From positions 1-35,366 of the IMG/VR virus record IMGVR_UViG_3300045988_101049: DNA of 35,366 nt; one strand, written 5' to 3'. The DNA comes from a virus. The position numbers and the translations under genes are program-made. The notes under the pieces were generated by a model. That model saw only the letters and a program-made list of their open reading frames with translations. It was not told the origin of the DNA and did no database searches. This document shows, piece after piece, positions 16,669 to 24,283 of this stretch (its first letter is position 1; the number at the start of each line of letters is the position of its first letter).

Positions 16669-17814
16669 ATGTATATCGAGGAACGAAAGTCAAAAAGCGG
16701 CCGCACGTCGTACCGTGCCATTGAAACGTACATTGACCGATTAACCGGAACGCGTCGGCGCGTATCTGTGACGATGGACAAAAAGACTAACGCGACAATA
16801 AAGTGGGCAACCGCCGAATTACAAAAGAAGATTGATGCGGCGCAAGAAACGAAAACGGGGAAAAATATCACACTTGCGGAGTTATTAAAAGAGCATGCGG
16901 AGTACCGCCGCCCCGATGTTAGACCGTCAACACAGCGCGCGCATGCGGATTCGATTAAGCGGCTTGTTAAGATATTTCCGGACGGTCTTTTAATATCAGC
17001 CATTACCCTGTCCATTGTGCAAAAGTCATTTATTAAAATGCGCCATCTGTCCGGTGTCACCGTCAGCATGACCGTCGCATTTTTCAAACAGTCAATGAAG
17101 TACGCTAAACGTATGAAGTATATTGAAGATATAAGCTTTATTCATGAAATGACGGTTTCCGGGCGCCCTAAAACGGTAGACGATGTAAAACGCGCGCGCG
17201 AAAAGTTTTTGACACGCGAAGAGCTGGCGGAAGTGCTTCAAAAAGTACGCGAAATAAAGCCGAGATACGCCCTCATGCTTGAATTTATAGCGCTTACCGG
17301 CTTACGCGCCGGCGAATGCTCCGGTTTGCGTTATCAAGATTTTGACGGACAAAACATTGATATTAACGGCACGATCACCCACTCCGTCCCGTTTTCTGCC
17401 AAAGAAATAAAAACGCCGCCGAAAACACTGTCATCTTTCCGGACGGTAGCGCTCAACAGTCGCGCTATTGAAATTTTGAACCAGATCCGGATTGAAAACA
17501 TGAAGTCGGCGGCCGCATGGGGTAAACGAAAATACACGGAAAAAGGCTACTTCTTTACATCGTCGACGGGCAACCCTATCCGCTTTTCCGACATAAATTA
17601 CACGCTTCGCTCGCTTAAATTGCCGCGTCATATATCGACGCACGTATTTCGCCATACGCATATATTTTTATTGGCGGAGTTAGGCGTTCCGCTTAAAACG
17701 ATCATGGAGCGCGTCGGACATATCAATCCGAAAACGACGCTAGCCGTTTATTCGCACGCAAGCGAACAGATGCATCGTGACGCTGCCGATAAACTCGACG
17801 AGATATCAATGTAA
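16669..17814 (+). CDS. int: tyrosine-type site-specific integrase
   Basis: Contains LTGLRAGECSGLRYQDF...HVFRHTHIFLLAELG...VGHINPKTTLAVYSHAS, giving the R..HxxR..Y catalytic signature. Ribosome binding site AAGGAGG. Confidence 0.9.
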   Translation: MYIEERKSKSGRTSYRAIETYIDRLTGTRRRVSVTMDKKTNATIKWATAELQKKIDAAQETKTGKNITLAELLKEHAEYRRPDVRPSTQRAHADSIKRLVKIFPDGLLISAITLSIVQKSFIKMRHLSGVTVSMTVAFFKQSMKYAKRMKYIEDISFIHEMTVSGRPKTVDDVKRAREKFLTREELAEVLQKVREIKPRYALMLEFIALTGLRAGECSGLRYQDFDGQNIDINGTITHSVPFSAKEIKTPPKTLSSFRTVALNSRAIEILNQIRIENMKSAAAWGKRKYTEKGYFFTSSTGNPIRFSDINYTLRSLKLPRHISTHVFRHTHIFLLAELGVPLKTIMERVGHINPKTTLAVYSHASEQMHRDAADKLDEISM

Positions 17815-17815
17815 C

Positions 17816-18056
17816 CGTGGGGGAACGATGGGGGAAAATTTAACGATGGAAACGAAAGCGCCACGATGAAGGCAAAAACAAAGAAGCCTACAACGGCGGG
17901 CTTTGCGACGGTTATGCGGCTTGTACGATGACAACAAAAACAGTAGTGTTTATATATTAAATATATAAAACACAGACAAAAGAACACCCGTAAATAGGCG
18001 TTTGTTGCTTATGGATCTTTCTTGTGGGGGAACAATGGGGGAAAACTATTTCAATT
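17816..18056. other. attP-like region directly downstream of int: 22-bp direct repeats TGGGGGAAC(G/A)ATGGGGGAAAA at 17816 and 18034, plus the AT palindrome TTTATATATTAAATATATAAA (17960..17981)
   Basis: Repeats and palindrome read directly from the sequence. Position immediately after int. Confidence 0.45.
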
Positions 18057-18077
18057 CAAGCCGACAACAATAGACTT

Positions 18078-18171
18078 TATGCGCTATAACGCATACGTTA
18101 AAAAGTTTTTTGAAAAATATTTTATTTTCTTTGCTTTTTCGCTTGACATCTTATAACGCTAGCGTTATACT
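18078..18171 (+). promoter_or_regulatory. strong promoter TTGACA(18143)-17-TATACT(18166) with a perfect 18-bp palindrome TATAACGCTAGCGTTATA (18152..18169) across the spacer/-10, and a related inverted repeat TATGCG-6-CGCATA at 18078..18095
   Basis: Consensus -35, 17-nt spacing, near-consensus -10, AGGAGG ribosome binding site and ATG at 18230. The palindrome would act as an operator that auto-represses the promoter. Confidence 0.6.
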
Positions 18172-18229
18172 ATAATCAGAAAGCGGGGAGAGAGACCCGC
18201 CAAGGTTAAAAACTTAGGAGGAACGAAAA

Positions 18230-18691
18230 ATGACGAAAATTGAAATCAAGGAAATGACAAAACAAGAACAGGACGCGCTTTTATTTAACCGCCACCCCGA
18301 ATTCAAAATGCTTGATGAAAACACGGGAACGATCGGAAGCTACGCTATTATTAAGTTTAACGAAAGAGATCCGCAAGATCTGGACGACGAAAAAGAAAGC
18401 GCCGCCGAAATTTGCGAACGCTATACGCACGAGGAAATTATTCCTGCGTTAGCGCTCATGGCCTACCAACAAGACGATCGTTTTGATAAACTTCCGGAAT
18501 ATATCGCCGAATTTGAAAAATCGCGGAAAAGCGGCGAACCGATGGGCTTTTACCCGTTCGCAACCAACGAAAAAGAATTACGCGGATATCTGGAAGATGA
18601 AATGATCGATCAAAATATTGATGAACATCTGAAAGACTTCGGCGGTCAGTATATTTATAGCCCGCTCGGCGCGTTATTCTTAAATCGTTAA
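18230..18691 (+). CDS. acidic 153-aa protein of unknown function (moron; anti-defense candidate)
   Basis: Strong ribosome binding site, acidic composition (many D/E) and no recognisable motif. First gene of a two-gene operon beside attP. Confidence 0.6.
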   Translation: MTKIEIKEMTKQEQDALLFNRHPEFKMLDENTGTIGSYAIIKFNERDPQDLDDEKESAAEICERYTHEEIIPALALMAYQQDDRFDKLPEYIAEFEKSRKSGEPMGFYPFATNEKELRGYLEDEMIDQNIDEHLKDFGGQYIYSPLGALFLNR

Positions 18692-18696
18692 TCGCA

Positions 18697-18888
18697 ATGT
18701 TAATCGATGAAGTTTTAACCGCCAAAGAAGCGGAGGATCGCTGGAAGTTGGCGCCGGGGCTTATCCGGCAATGGATATTTCACGCGCCGGACAAGTTCGC
18801 CCAAGGCGAAATCAGAAAATCAAATCGCATCTGGTTAATCACTAGAGACGCCATGGTGAGGCATTTCGGCAAAGAACCGGAACAATAA
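18697..18888 (+). CDS. small MerR/excisionase-type (HTH_17-like) DNA-binding protein; Aca-like regulator or excisionase
   Basis: LTAKEAEDRWKLAPGLIRQWI...RKSNRIWLITRDAM fits the excisionase-family helix-turn-helix pattern. Confidence 0.55.
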   Translation: MLIDEVLTAKEAEDRWKLAPGLIRQWIFHAPDKFAQGEIRKSNRIWLITRDAMVRHFGKEPEQ

Positions 18889-18923
18889 AAAAAGCGGAGC
18901 GGGCAAAATGCCTGCTCCTTTTT
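18887..18923. terminator. bidirectional rho-independent terminator
   Basis: A-run, then GGAGCGGGCA...TGCCTGCTCC, then TTTTT, between convergent genes. Confidence 0.6.
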
Positions 18924-18986
18924 CATTTCACCGCCGCCGCAATAACCGCGGCTACCGCTATGATCTGCCACGCCCTTTTTTTATGT

Positions 18987-19361
18987 TCAAGGCTCGTTCG
19001 CTTCCTCAACTCTTCTTTTTTCCACCTCATCAACGACTGCTCGGACTCTTTCAAGGCTTGCTCTGTCTTGCTCAAGGATTGCCGTTGCTCGATCTGCAAC
19101 GCTTTCAACCGATTTATTTCCGCTTTCAATTCGTTGTTGCTCTTGTTCAATCCGCCCGACGCTGCTTTCAATTCGTTGATTAAGCTCTCCCGCTCGTTCG
19201 TTCTCTGTTCTAGCGCGTTCAATTCTGACGTTAGTGTCCGCCATTCCTCCGCCGTCAATGTCACCGGCGCCGCCTTCGCTGAATAACCACCAAACAAAAA
19301 AGCCGCCAATAATAGCGGCAACAAGAATAATAGCAATCTTCGCTTTAGCAATCGTTCTCAC
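18987..19361 (-). CDS. N-terminally membrane-anchored acidic coiled-coil protein; an alternative overlapping frame 18923..19351 is also open
   Basis: Frame B (GTG start) encodes IAIILVAAIIGGFFVWWLF followed by RIE-rich heptads, with G-rich first codon positions. Frame A (TTG start, better-spaced ribosome binding site) encodes a signal-peptide-like N-terminus, a Leu-heptad coiled coil and a C-terminal TM. Confidence 0.45.
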   Translation of the reverse strand: MRTIAKAKIAIILVAAIIGGFFVWWLFSEGGAGDIDGGGMADTNVRIERARTENERAGELNQRIESSVGRIEQEQQRIESGNKSVESVADRATAILEQDRASLERVRAVVDEVEKRRVEEANEP

Positions 19362-19369
19362 CCCTTTTA

Positions 19370-19396
19370 TAGTATGTGCAATTTATTCACATACTA
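19370..19396. promoter_or_regulatory. perfect 9-bp inverted repeat TAGTATGTG-9nt-CACATACTA directly upstream of the coiled-coil gene start
   Basis: Read directly from the sequence. A minus-strand hairpin with a U-tract lies at 19414..19445 just beyond it. Confidence 0.4.
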
Positions 19397-19646
19397 TATA
19401 TAGAGAAATTAAAAGGACTTGCGTACTCATCGTAGACAAGTCCCCGCGGCTCTCCCGTAGGTTTACCGCTATTCTATTAAATTATAACATCAGCATATTT
19501 CGCTTTCAGCTATTTCCATTTTGGAAACAACTGCCGTCACCACCCATGAAAAAACCGTTATTTTTTCCTAGCGACACACTTCATCTATGAAAAAATACAT
19601 GATTTTTCCTACTGCAGTCAAAGTAAGGGTGTATATTTGCCAATAT

Positions 19647-19670
19647 AAAAGGACGAAAGATCGTCCTTTT
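19647..19670. terminator. bidirectional rho-independent terminator (AAAAGGACGA-aaga-TCGTCCTTTT) downstream of hicB
   Basis: Perfect stem with a flanking A-run and T-run. Confidence 0.65.
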
Positions 19671-19696
19671 ATAAAATCAATTTATTTATATTTCAG

Positions 19697-20071
19697 TCAC
19701 ACTATTTGCCGAATTAACGCATCCCGTAACGCAGCCGAAAAGTTTATTTTTTGTCGTTGAGCCACCTCATCAAGCCATGCGGGAATTGTTAAAGTTTTAT
19801 TGCGCAAGTCTTGCGTGTCATTCATATCTGCCACGACATATGTTACAACTTCGATTTCATCACATATAATATCTTCCAGTTTTGACGGCTCTGGAAGACT
19901 TTCTCCATCCACTAATGCAGAAATAAGAAATAGTCCTGACGCTTCTGCGGCGTTTTCCATCGCCTCATCAAGAGAGTCTCCGCAAGTATAACATCCATCT
20001 AAATCAGGAAAAGAAACTGCATATTTGCCAGAGCCTTCCTTTGTAAAAATTGCCGGATATGTTTTGTTCAT
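19697..20071 (-). CDS. hicB: HicB-family antitoxin (UPF0150 fold plus C-terminal ribbon-helix-helix-like tail)
   Basis: MNKTYPAIFTKEGSGKYAVSFPDLDGCYTCGDSLDEAMENAAEA... matches HicB N-terminal domains. It follows hicA. Confidence 0.7.
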   Translation of the reverse strand: MNKTYPAIFTKEGSGKYAVSFPDLDGCYTCGDSLDEAMENAAEASGLFLISALVDGESLPEPSKLEDIICDEIEVVTYVVADMNDTQDLRNKTLTIPAWLDEVAQRQKINFSAALRDALIRQIV

Positions 20072-20109
20072 AGTTTACACCCCCCAGACCGTGAATTACA
20101 TGCGGGGTT

Positions 20110-20286
20110 TCATTTCAACCCCGCATGCTTCATAATCGCCCTTTCTGTGCCTTTTGCTAATTCAGTTGTGTGATACGGCACAATAATTGTCTTTCCGTCT
20201 TTTTTCAGCTTTCTGTGACTTCCTTTACTTGTTGTTTCTATCCATCCCGCTTTAATTAACTTGCGGTAGATTTCTTTGCCCGTCAT
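20110..20286 (-). CDS. hicA: HicA-family mRNA interferase toxin (58 aa, absent from the ORF track)
   Basis: MTGKEIYRKLIKAGWIETTSKGSHRKLKKDGKTIIVPYHTTELAKGTERAIMKHAGLK matches the HicA signature (KGSH...VP.H..EL..GT...I.K.AGL). Ribosome binding site AAGGAGGGAGGG. A hairpin GCGGGGTT-7-AACCCCGC overlaps the stop. Confidence 0.8.
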   Translation of the reverse strand: MTGKEIYRKLIKAGWIETTSKGSHRKLKKDGKTIIVPYHTTELAKGTERAIMKHAGLK

Positions 20287-20441
20287 AACCCTCCCTCCTT
20301 TATGTGTTTATTATAGCACGTGTCATAACACGTGTCAAGGTATTTTGCATAAACTTTCTTATTTATTATTTCTTGTTTAAAGGCTTTGGATTTACCCGCT
20401 TAAAAACATCAACAAAATCAGCGTGTTTTACAGGCTTTTAT

Positions 20442-20963
20442 TCACCGCTTGGCATAATCAGTCACGCCGCGCGCAATTGCCGCAGAAAAGGCGTCTAACT
20501 GCGTTTTCAGAAGTTCGAGGTCGTTTGCGTTGTCAATGAACGCTAATTCGACTAAAACTGCCGGAGCATTAGTTCCGTTCAGCACCCAGAGGCGATCCCT
20601 TTGCTTAATTCCACGGTCAAGAGTATCAATCGAATTAATAATCTGAGATTGAATACATTCGGCTAATACTTTTCCTGCCTCCGACTTATAAAGCGTTTCC
20701 GTTCCTCTCGCCATCGTGTTAAATGAGTTGCAATGAATGGACACAAAAACATCGGCTTCCCACGCGTTGGAAGTTTCGCATATTTCGCTCAAACTGTCGG
20801 ACTGGAGCATAGCGGCTTTGCACCCTGCGGCAATGAGATAATCTCTTACTTGTTCGCCGCAGGTCAACGCATAATCGCATTCACGATCACCCGTTACCGG
20901 ATTGACCGCCCCCGGATCCGGCACGCCATTCGGAGCATGCCCCGGATTAATAAATACTTTCAT
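20442..20963 (-). CDS. N-acetylmuramoyl-L-alanine amidase endolysin (Amidase_3 catalytic domain only)
   Basis: MKVFINPGHAPNGVPDPGAV...DVFVSIHCNSFN...GTETLY. Confidence 0.85.
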   Translation of the reverse strand: MKVFINPGHAPNGVPDPGAVNPVTGDRECDYALTCGEQVRDYLIAAGCKAAMLQSDSLSEICETSNAWEADVFVSIHCNSFNTMARGTETLYKSEAGKVLAECIQSQIINSIDTLDRGIKQRDRLWVLNGTNAPAVLVELAFIDNANDLELLKTQLDAFSAAIARGVTDYAKR

Positions 20964-20977
20964 CGTTCATTCTCCTT

Positions 20978-21517
20978 TCACATCTTTATTTTCTTTTCGA
21001 CTTTATCTTTGACAAGCTCAAGAAAGCGCCCCATAACGACGTTGCCGCCGTCCCTCATGTTTTCCAGAATAGATAAAAATTCCGATGCGCCCAAGTACAT
21101 CCAGACGAGATTGACAGCGAACCCCGCACCGGTCATGAAGTCCCAGCAGAATCCAGCCGCCGTGGCAATGGTATAGGTCAACAGCTTATAAAAAAAGCCA
21201 TTGCGACAAAATCGCGATGATACACGCCCCTCGGCGAACGCTACCGGAATAAATATCCACTTATCAAAGCCGGATATATTTTCCGGCTTCGCTCCTTTTT
21301 CAAGTAGCATTTGATACGTGAGTGCGCTCCACTTGGTGGTAAGGTCAATTAGTACCAATAAAATAAACACGCCCAAGACTTGAACGTGTTTTAAGTGGAT
21401 CAACCAGATCGCCCCGCTACCTACGGCGGAAAAAAAGGACTTCACCCACCACGCGTCGGCGAGTTTTGTCATTGCCTCCGATACTCCTTGAATTATTTCG
21501 TTTAGCTCTTTAACCAT
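20978..21517 (-). CDS. holin-like multi-TM membrane protein
   Basis: 179 aa with 3-4 hydrophobic segments, immediately upstream of the endolysin and after the tail fibre. Confidence 0.6.
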   Translation of the reverse strand: MVKELNEIIQGVSEAMTKLADAWWVKSFFSAVGSGAIWLIHLKHVQVLGVFILLVLIDLTTKWSALTYQMLLEKGAKPENISGFDKWIFIPVAFAEGRVSSRFCRNGFFYKLLTYTIATAAGFCWDFMTGAGFAVNLVWMYLGASEFLSILENMRDGGNVVMGRFLELVKDKVEKKIKM

Positions 21518-21565
21518 AAAATTCGCCCCACTAAAAAAGCACCCTCAGAAGGTGCTGATAATAAA

Positions 21566-23032
21566 CTATGCCCTAACCCACGACATAGTGTTCCAGTTGA
21601 CTTTTTTAGTTTTATTTACATTGTACACGGTAGCCGTTGTAGGTATTTTAACACCTCCATTTGGTACCCATTTTTCGGATAGAATAACCGTTCGCAAGGA
21701 TTTACATTCATCAAATACGAAGCTATCAATGTCAGCGCATTTAGGAATAGAAACCGAAACAAGTCGAACGCAGCCGTGAAACGCCCAGCTTGCGATCTTC
21801 GTACACTCGGGAAGTGATATTTCCGTAAGGTTTGAGCATTGGAAAAACGCGTCATTCGCCAATGATCTACAAGCGGGTAATGATACGCTTTTTAATTGAC
21901 TACAGCCGCAAAACGCTTTAGTGCCGACATATTCGCAATTCGGAGCATTCGCCCCAGTTATTTGAGCGTAATTATAAAGTGCCCTTTCTTCAATTTGCGT
22001 CACACTTGCGGGGAACTCAAGGTTTTCCGGCTTATTCAATTTATATTTCTCCGCAATTGATTGTGTGACGATTTGAATGCCGTTCGGGATACAGTATTTT
22101 TTGAAGGAAGTGAACACTTTTTCTGTGTGTGTCCGTCCTGCGTAATCCACCCATTGAATAGTAACTTCCGTTGCATTTGGATCAGGAGTAGCGGGCAATC
22201 GCCACCGCCCATCACTACCGGATATTGCCGTTTTCCCTTTGAAGATAATCTTCACATTGGGCGACGCAGTGCCCGTCATTTCAGTTACTCCTTCTTCTAT
22301 GGGATCGACTTTAATTGGCAAAAGCTTAACAACCGGAAAAATCGTTTCCAAGCCCCGGAAATTATCCATGTCATAATTGCGCTCTTTTAACCACTGATAG
22401 AAAGCATCGGTACTCGCGCCTTTAGGCTGAAACTTATTGTCCGCCTCCGTTTTAGTATAGACGTCGGTTGTGCTTGCTTTTCCTTTTAACGCGTTTTCTG
22501 TTGTTGCCTTGTCCGCCTTTGTTCCAATTTTATTTGCGACGGTAGTGGCAAAGTTCGGATCATTCCCCAACGCTTCCGCCAACTCTTGCAAGGTGTCAAG
22601 CGTTTCCGGCGCGCTATTGACGATATTCGCCACACGACCGTCGACGTATTCAACACTTGCATACGTGCCTTTTAACTGATATTTCGCGTCGCTTTCCGCT
22701 TTCGTATAGGCGTCAATTTTGTCCGTTTTTTGTAAGTATCTTCCGTCTGCTTCCGTTTTCGCATAGACGTCTGCCGCGTTAGCTTTTGCTCCAAGTTCCT
22801 TTTTTGTCGCAAGCCCGCTTGTCGCGCCGGTTAATTCGGCATGAGTTACAAAGTTAGACGTATCTACGCTTGATTTTTGCTCGTATAGGCACTCAAGATT
22901 ATTCATGACGTAATCTATCCACCCGTCGTTCTGCTTGTTGGATAGCGCCGTATTTTTGCCGTATGCTCCGCTAGAGATGATGTTGTCGTTTTCATCTCTG
23001 ATTTCTGCATGCTGGAACGTTTGTTTTTTCAT
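21566..23032 (-). CDS. tail fibre / receptor-binding protein with a C-terminal BspA-type leucine-rich-repeat domain
   Basis: N-terminal fibre-type repeats (DVYAKTEADGRYL, DVYTKTEADNKF). C-terminal Cys-containing ~23-aa repeats (CSQLKSVSLPACRSLANDAFFQCSNLTEISLPECTKIASWAFHGC). Confidence 0.65.
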   Translation of the reverse strand: MKKQTFQHAEIRDENDNIISSGAYGKNTALSNKQNDGWIDYVMNNLECLYEQKSSVDTSNFVTHAELTGATSGLATKKELGAKANAADVYAKTEADGRYLQKTDKIDAYTKAESDAKYQLKGTYASVEYVDGRVANIVNSAPETLDTLQELAEALGNDPNFATTVANKIGTKADKATTENALKGKASTTDVYTKTEADNKFQPKGASTDAFYQWLKERNYDMDNFRGLETIFPVVKLLPIKVDPIEEGVTEMTGTASPNVKIIFKGKTAISGSDGRWRLPATPDPNATEVTIQWVDYAGRTHTEKVFTSFKKYCIPNGIQIVTQSIAEKYKLNKPENLEFPASVTQIEERALYNYAQITGANAPNCEYVGTKAFCGCSQLKSVSLPACRSLANDAFFQCSNLTEISLPECTKIASWAFHGCVRLVSVSIPKCADIDSFVFDECKSLRTVILSEKWVPNGGVKIPTTATVYNVNKTKKVNWNTMSWVRA

Positions 23033-23042
23033 AGATTGCTCC

Positions 23043-23729
23043 TTAATAGCCTGTTACGTCGATAAGCATATAGGAAAAACATTTCTGCTCGTAATGTATC
23101 TCTTCATACGACGGAATATAAACGTACCCCCCGGAATATGTCCCGTCAGCCTCTACCCCGTCTTTACCAAGCTTTACGTATCGCGTTACTGATGTAACGA
23201 ATGCGTTTTGCTCACCGCTGCGATATTCAGTATCTTCATAAGCTTCAACCCCCAACTGCGCTATTGCATATGTTTTAGACGCGTCTGGATACTGGATAAC
23301 ATCGTCTGCGTTTTTTCCGTAGTAAGACACTCTCATATATTTAGCGTTGCTGTCGAAAATTAAATCGCCGTTATCGTTAAATATTTGCATCCCTACGTTT
23401 CCTTTTGCCTTTTGATCCACCCCAAATACATAAGCTACGTAATTTGAGTCGATAGACGATAAATCAATGTAGTCGAGATCCGCCCCATAAAAGTCGCAAT
23501 AGCCGGAAAAATTAAGTTGAATAATACCAATCCGGCTACCTTTGGGATAGCTTACTGCGGCAACAATCTCCCCGCGGTTTAAATGTAGTCTTCTTGCTAT
23601 CGTGCCTTCATTATTAACGGCGGGCATTTGTGATAGTGAAACCTTTCTCGATAGCATTAAATTTTTATATAAAGAGTCAACTACCAACTTATTGTTATCG
23701 TTTCTTACTTCAATTCCTGCTTCGCTCAT
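23043..23729 (-). CDS. hypothetical tail/baseplate-associated protein
   Basis: ORF in the tail module. Start taken at the ATG at 23729 (MSEAGIEV). Confidence 0.45.
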   Translation of the reverse strand: MSEAGIEVRNDNNKLVVDSLYKNLMLSRKVSLSQMPAVNNEGTIARRLHLNRGEIVAAVSYPKGSRIGIIQLNFSGYCDFYGADLDYIDLSSIDSNYVAYVFGVDQKAKGNVGMQIFNDNGDLIFDSNAKYMRVSYYGKNADDVIQYPDASKTYAIAQLGVEAYEDTEYRSGEQNAFVTSVTRYVKLGKDGVEADGTYSGGYVYIPSYEEIHYEQKCFSYMLIDVTGY

Positions 23730-23731
23730 AG

Positions 23732-24283
23732 TTAATACACCCCGTATAAAATTGTTCCATGTAAACATTGATCGGACGGATTAGAGTATGTCCACGTTAA
23801 CCTATTGCCCCTCTTTTCTATAACCGGTCCTACGTATACAATATTGCTTATCGCTGGTTTGCTGCCTTTTGGTTCAGCAATATCCTTAAAAACATACCAT
23901 AACTCGCCTTCTCTTAATACTTCATTTGTTAAACTCCCCGATGTGCCGTTAACTTTAAAGCTTCCACAATACTTAGTAATTCTGTCCGTAATATCAAGTA
24001 CGCAGTTCCCGTTCTCGTCAAATACTTGTAGCCCTTGCGGCATATGCTTAATTCGCCCCCATCCCTTTTTACCGTCCTTTGTCCAATAAATCTTTTTCTC
24101 CGTCGGTAGCGGCTTAACGACAATGTGTTCCGTTGTATCTTCTTTAGGCTTTTCTTCCGGCTTAATAGGGCTAGGCTTTTCTTCCGGCTTAATAGGGCTA
24201 GGCTTTTTCTTCTTCCTGCCGGTAAGCAAATAGATAATTCCTGCAACAATCAGCGCGTAAATTAAATACTCCATGATTACCAT
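23732..24283 (-). CDS. N-terminally membrane-anchored protein with a perfect tandem 11-aa repeat (KPSPIKPEEKP x2)
   Basis: N-terminal TM segment YLIYALIVAGIIYLL. The exact 33-nt tandem DNA repeat lies at about 24147..24212. Confidence 0.55.
   Translation of the reverse strand: MVIMEYLIYALIVAGIIYLLTGRKKKKPSPIKPEEKPSPIKPEEKPKEDTTEHIVVKPLPTEKKIYWTKDGKKGWGRIKHMPQGLQVFDENGNCVLDITDRITKYCGSFKVNGTSGSLTNEVLREGELWYVFKDIAEPKGSKPAISNIVYVGPVIEKRGNRLTWTYSNPSDQCLHGTILYGVY

Noticed and set aside
16518-17087. 189-aa minus-strand ORF
   Set aside because: It is antisense to the integrase 5' end and intergenic region, has no ribosome binding site and an odd composition, and the integrase frame is clearly the real one.
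18697-18888. Plain excisionase annotation for the 63-aa HTH protein
   Set aside because: It is kept as an alternative. The promoter-operator plus unknown-gene plus HTH architecture made the Aca-like reading worth flagging instead.
18923-19351. Frame A (142 aa, TTG start) as the sole annotation of the coiled-coil locus
   Set aside because: It is not discarded outright. Frame B has the stronger G-rich first-position periodicity, so it is listed as primary, and the ambiguity is reported as a finding.
18987-19361. Spanin (i-spanin-like) interpretation of the membrane-anchored coiled-coil protein
   Set aside because: The host envelope type cannot be established from this sequence. There is no lipoprotein partner ORF, so the idea is noted only as a possibility.
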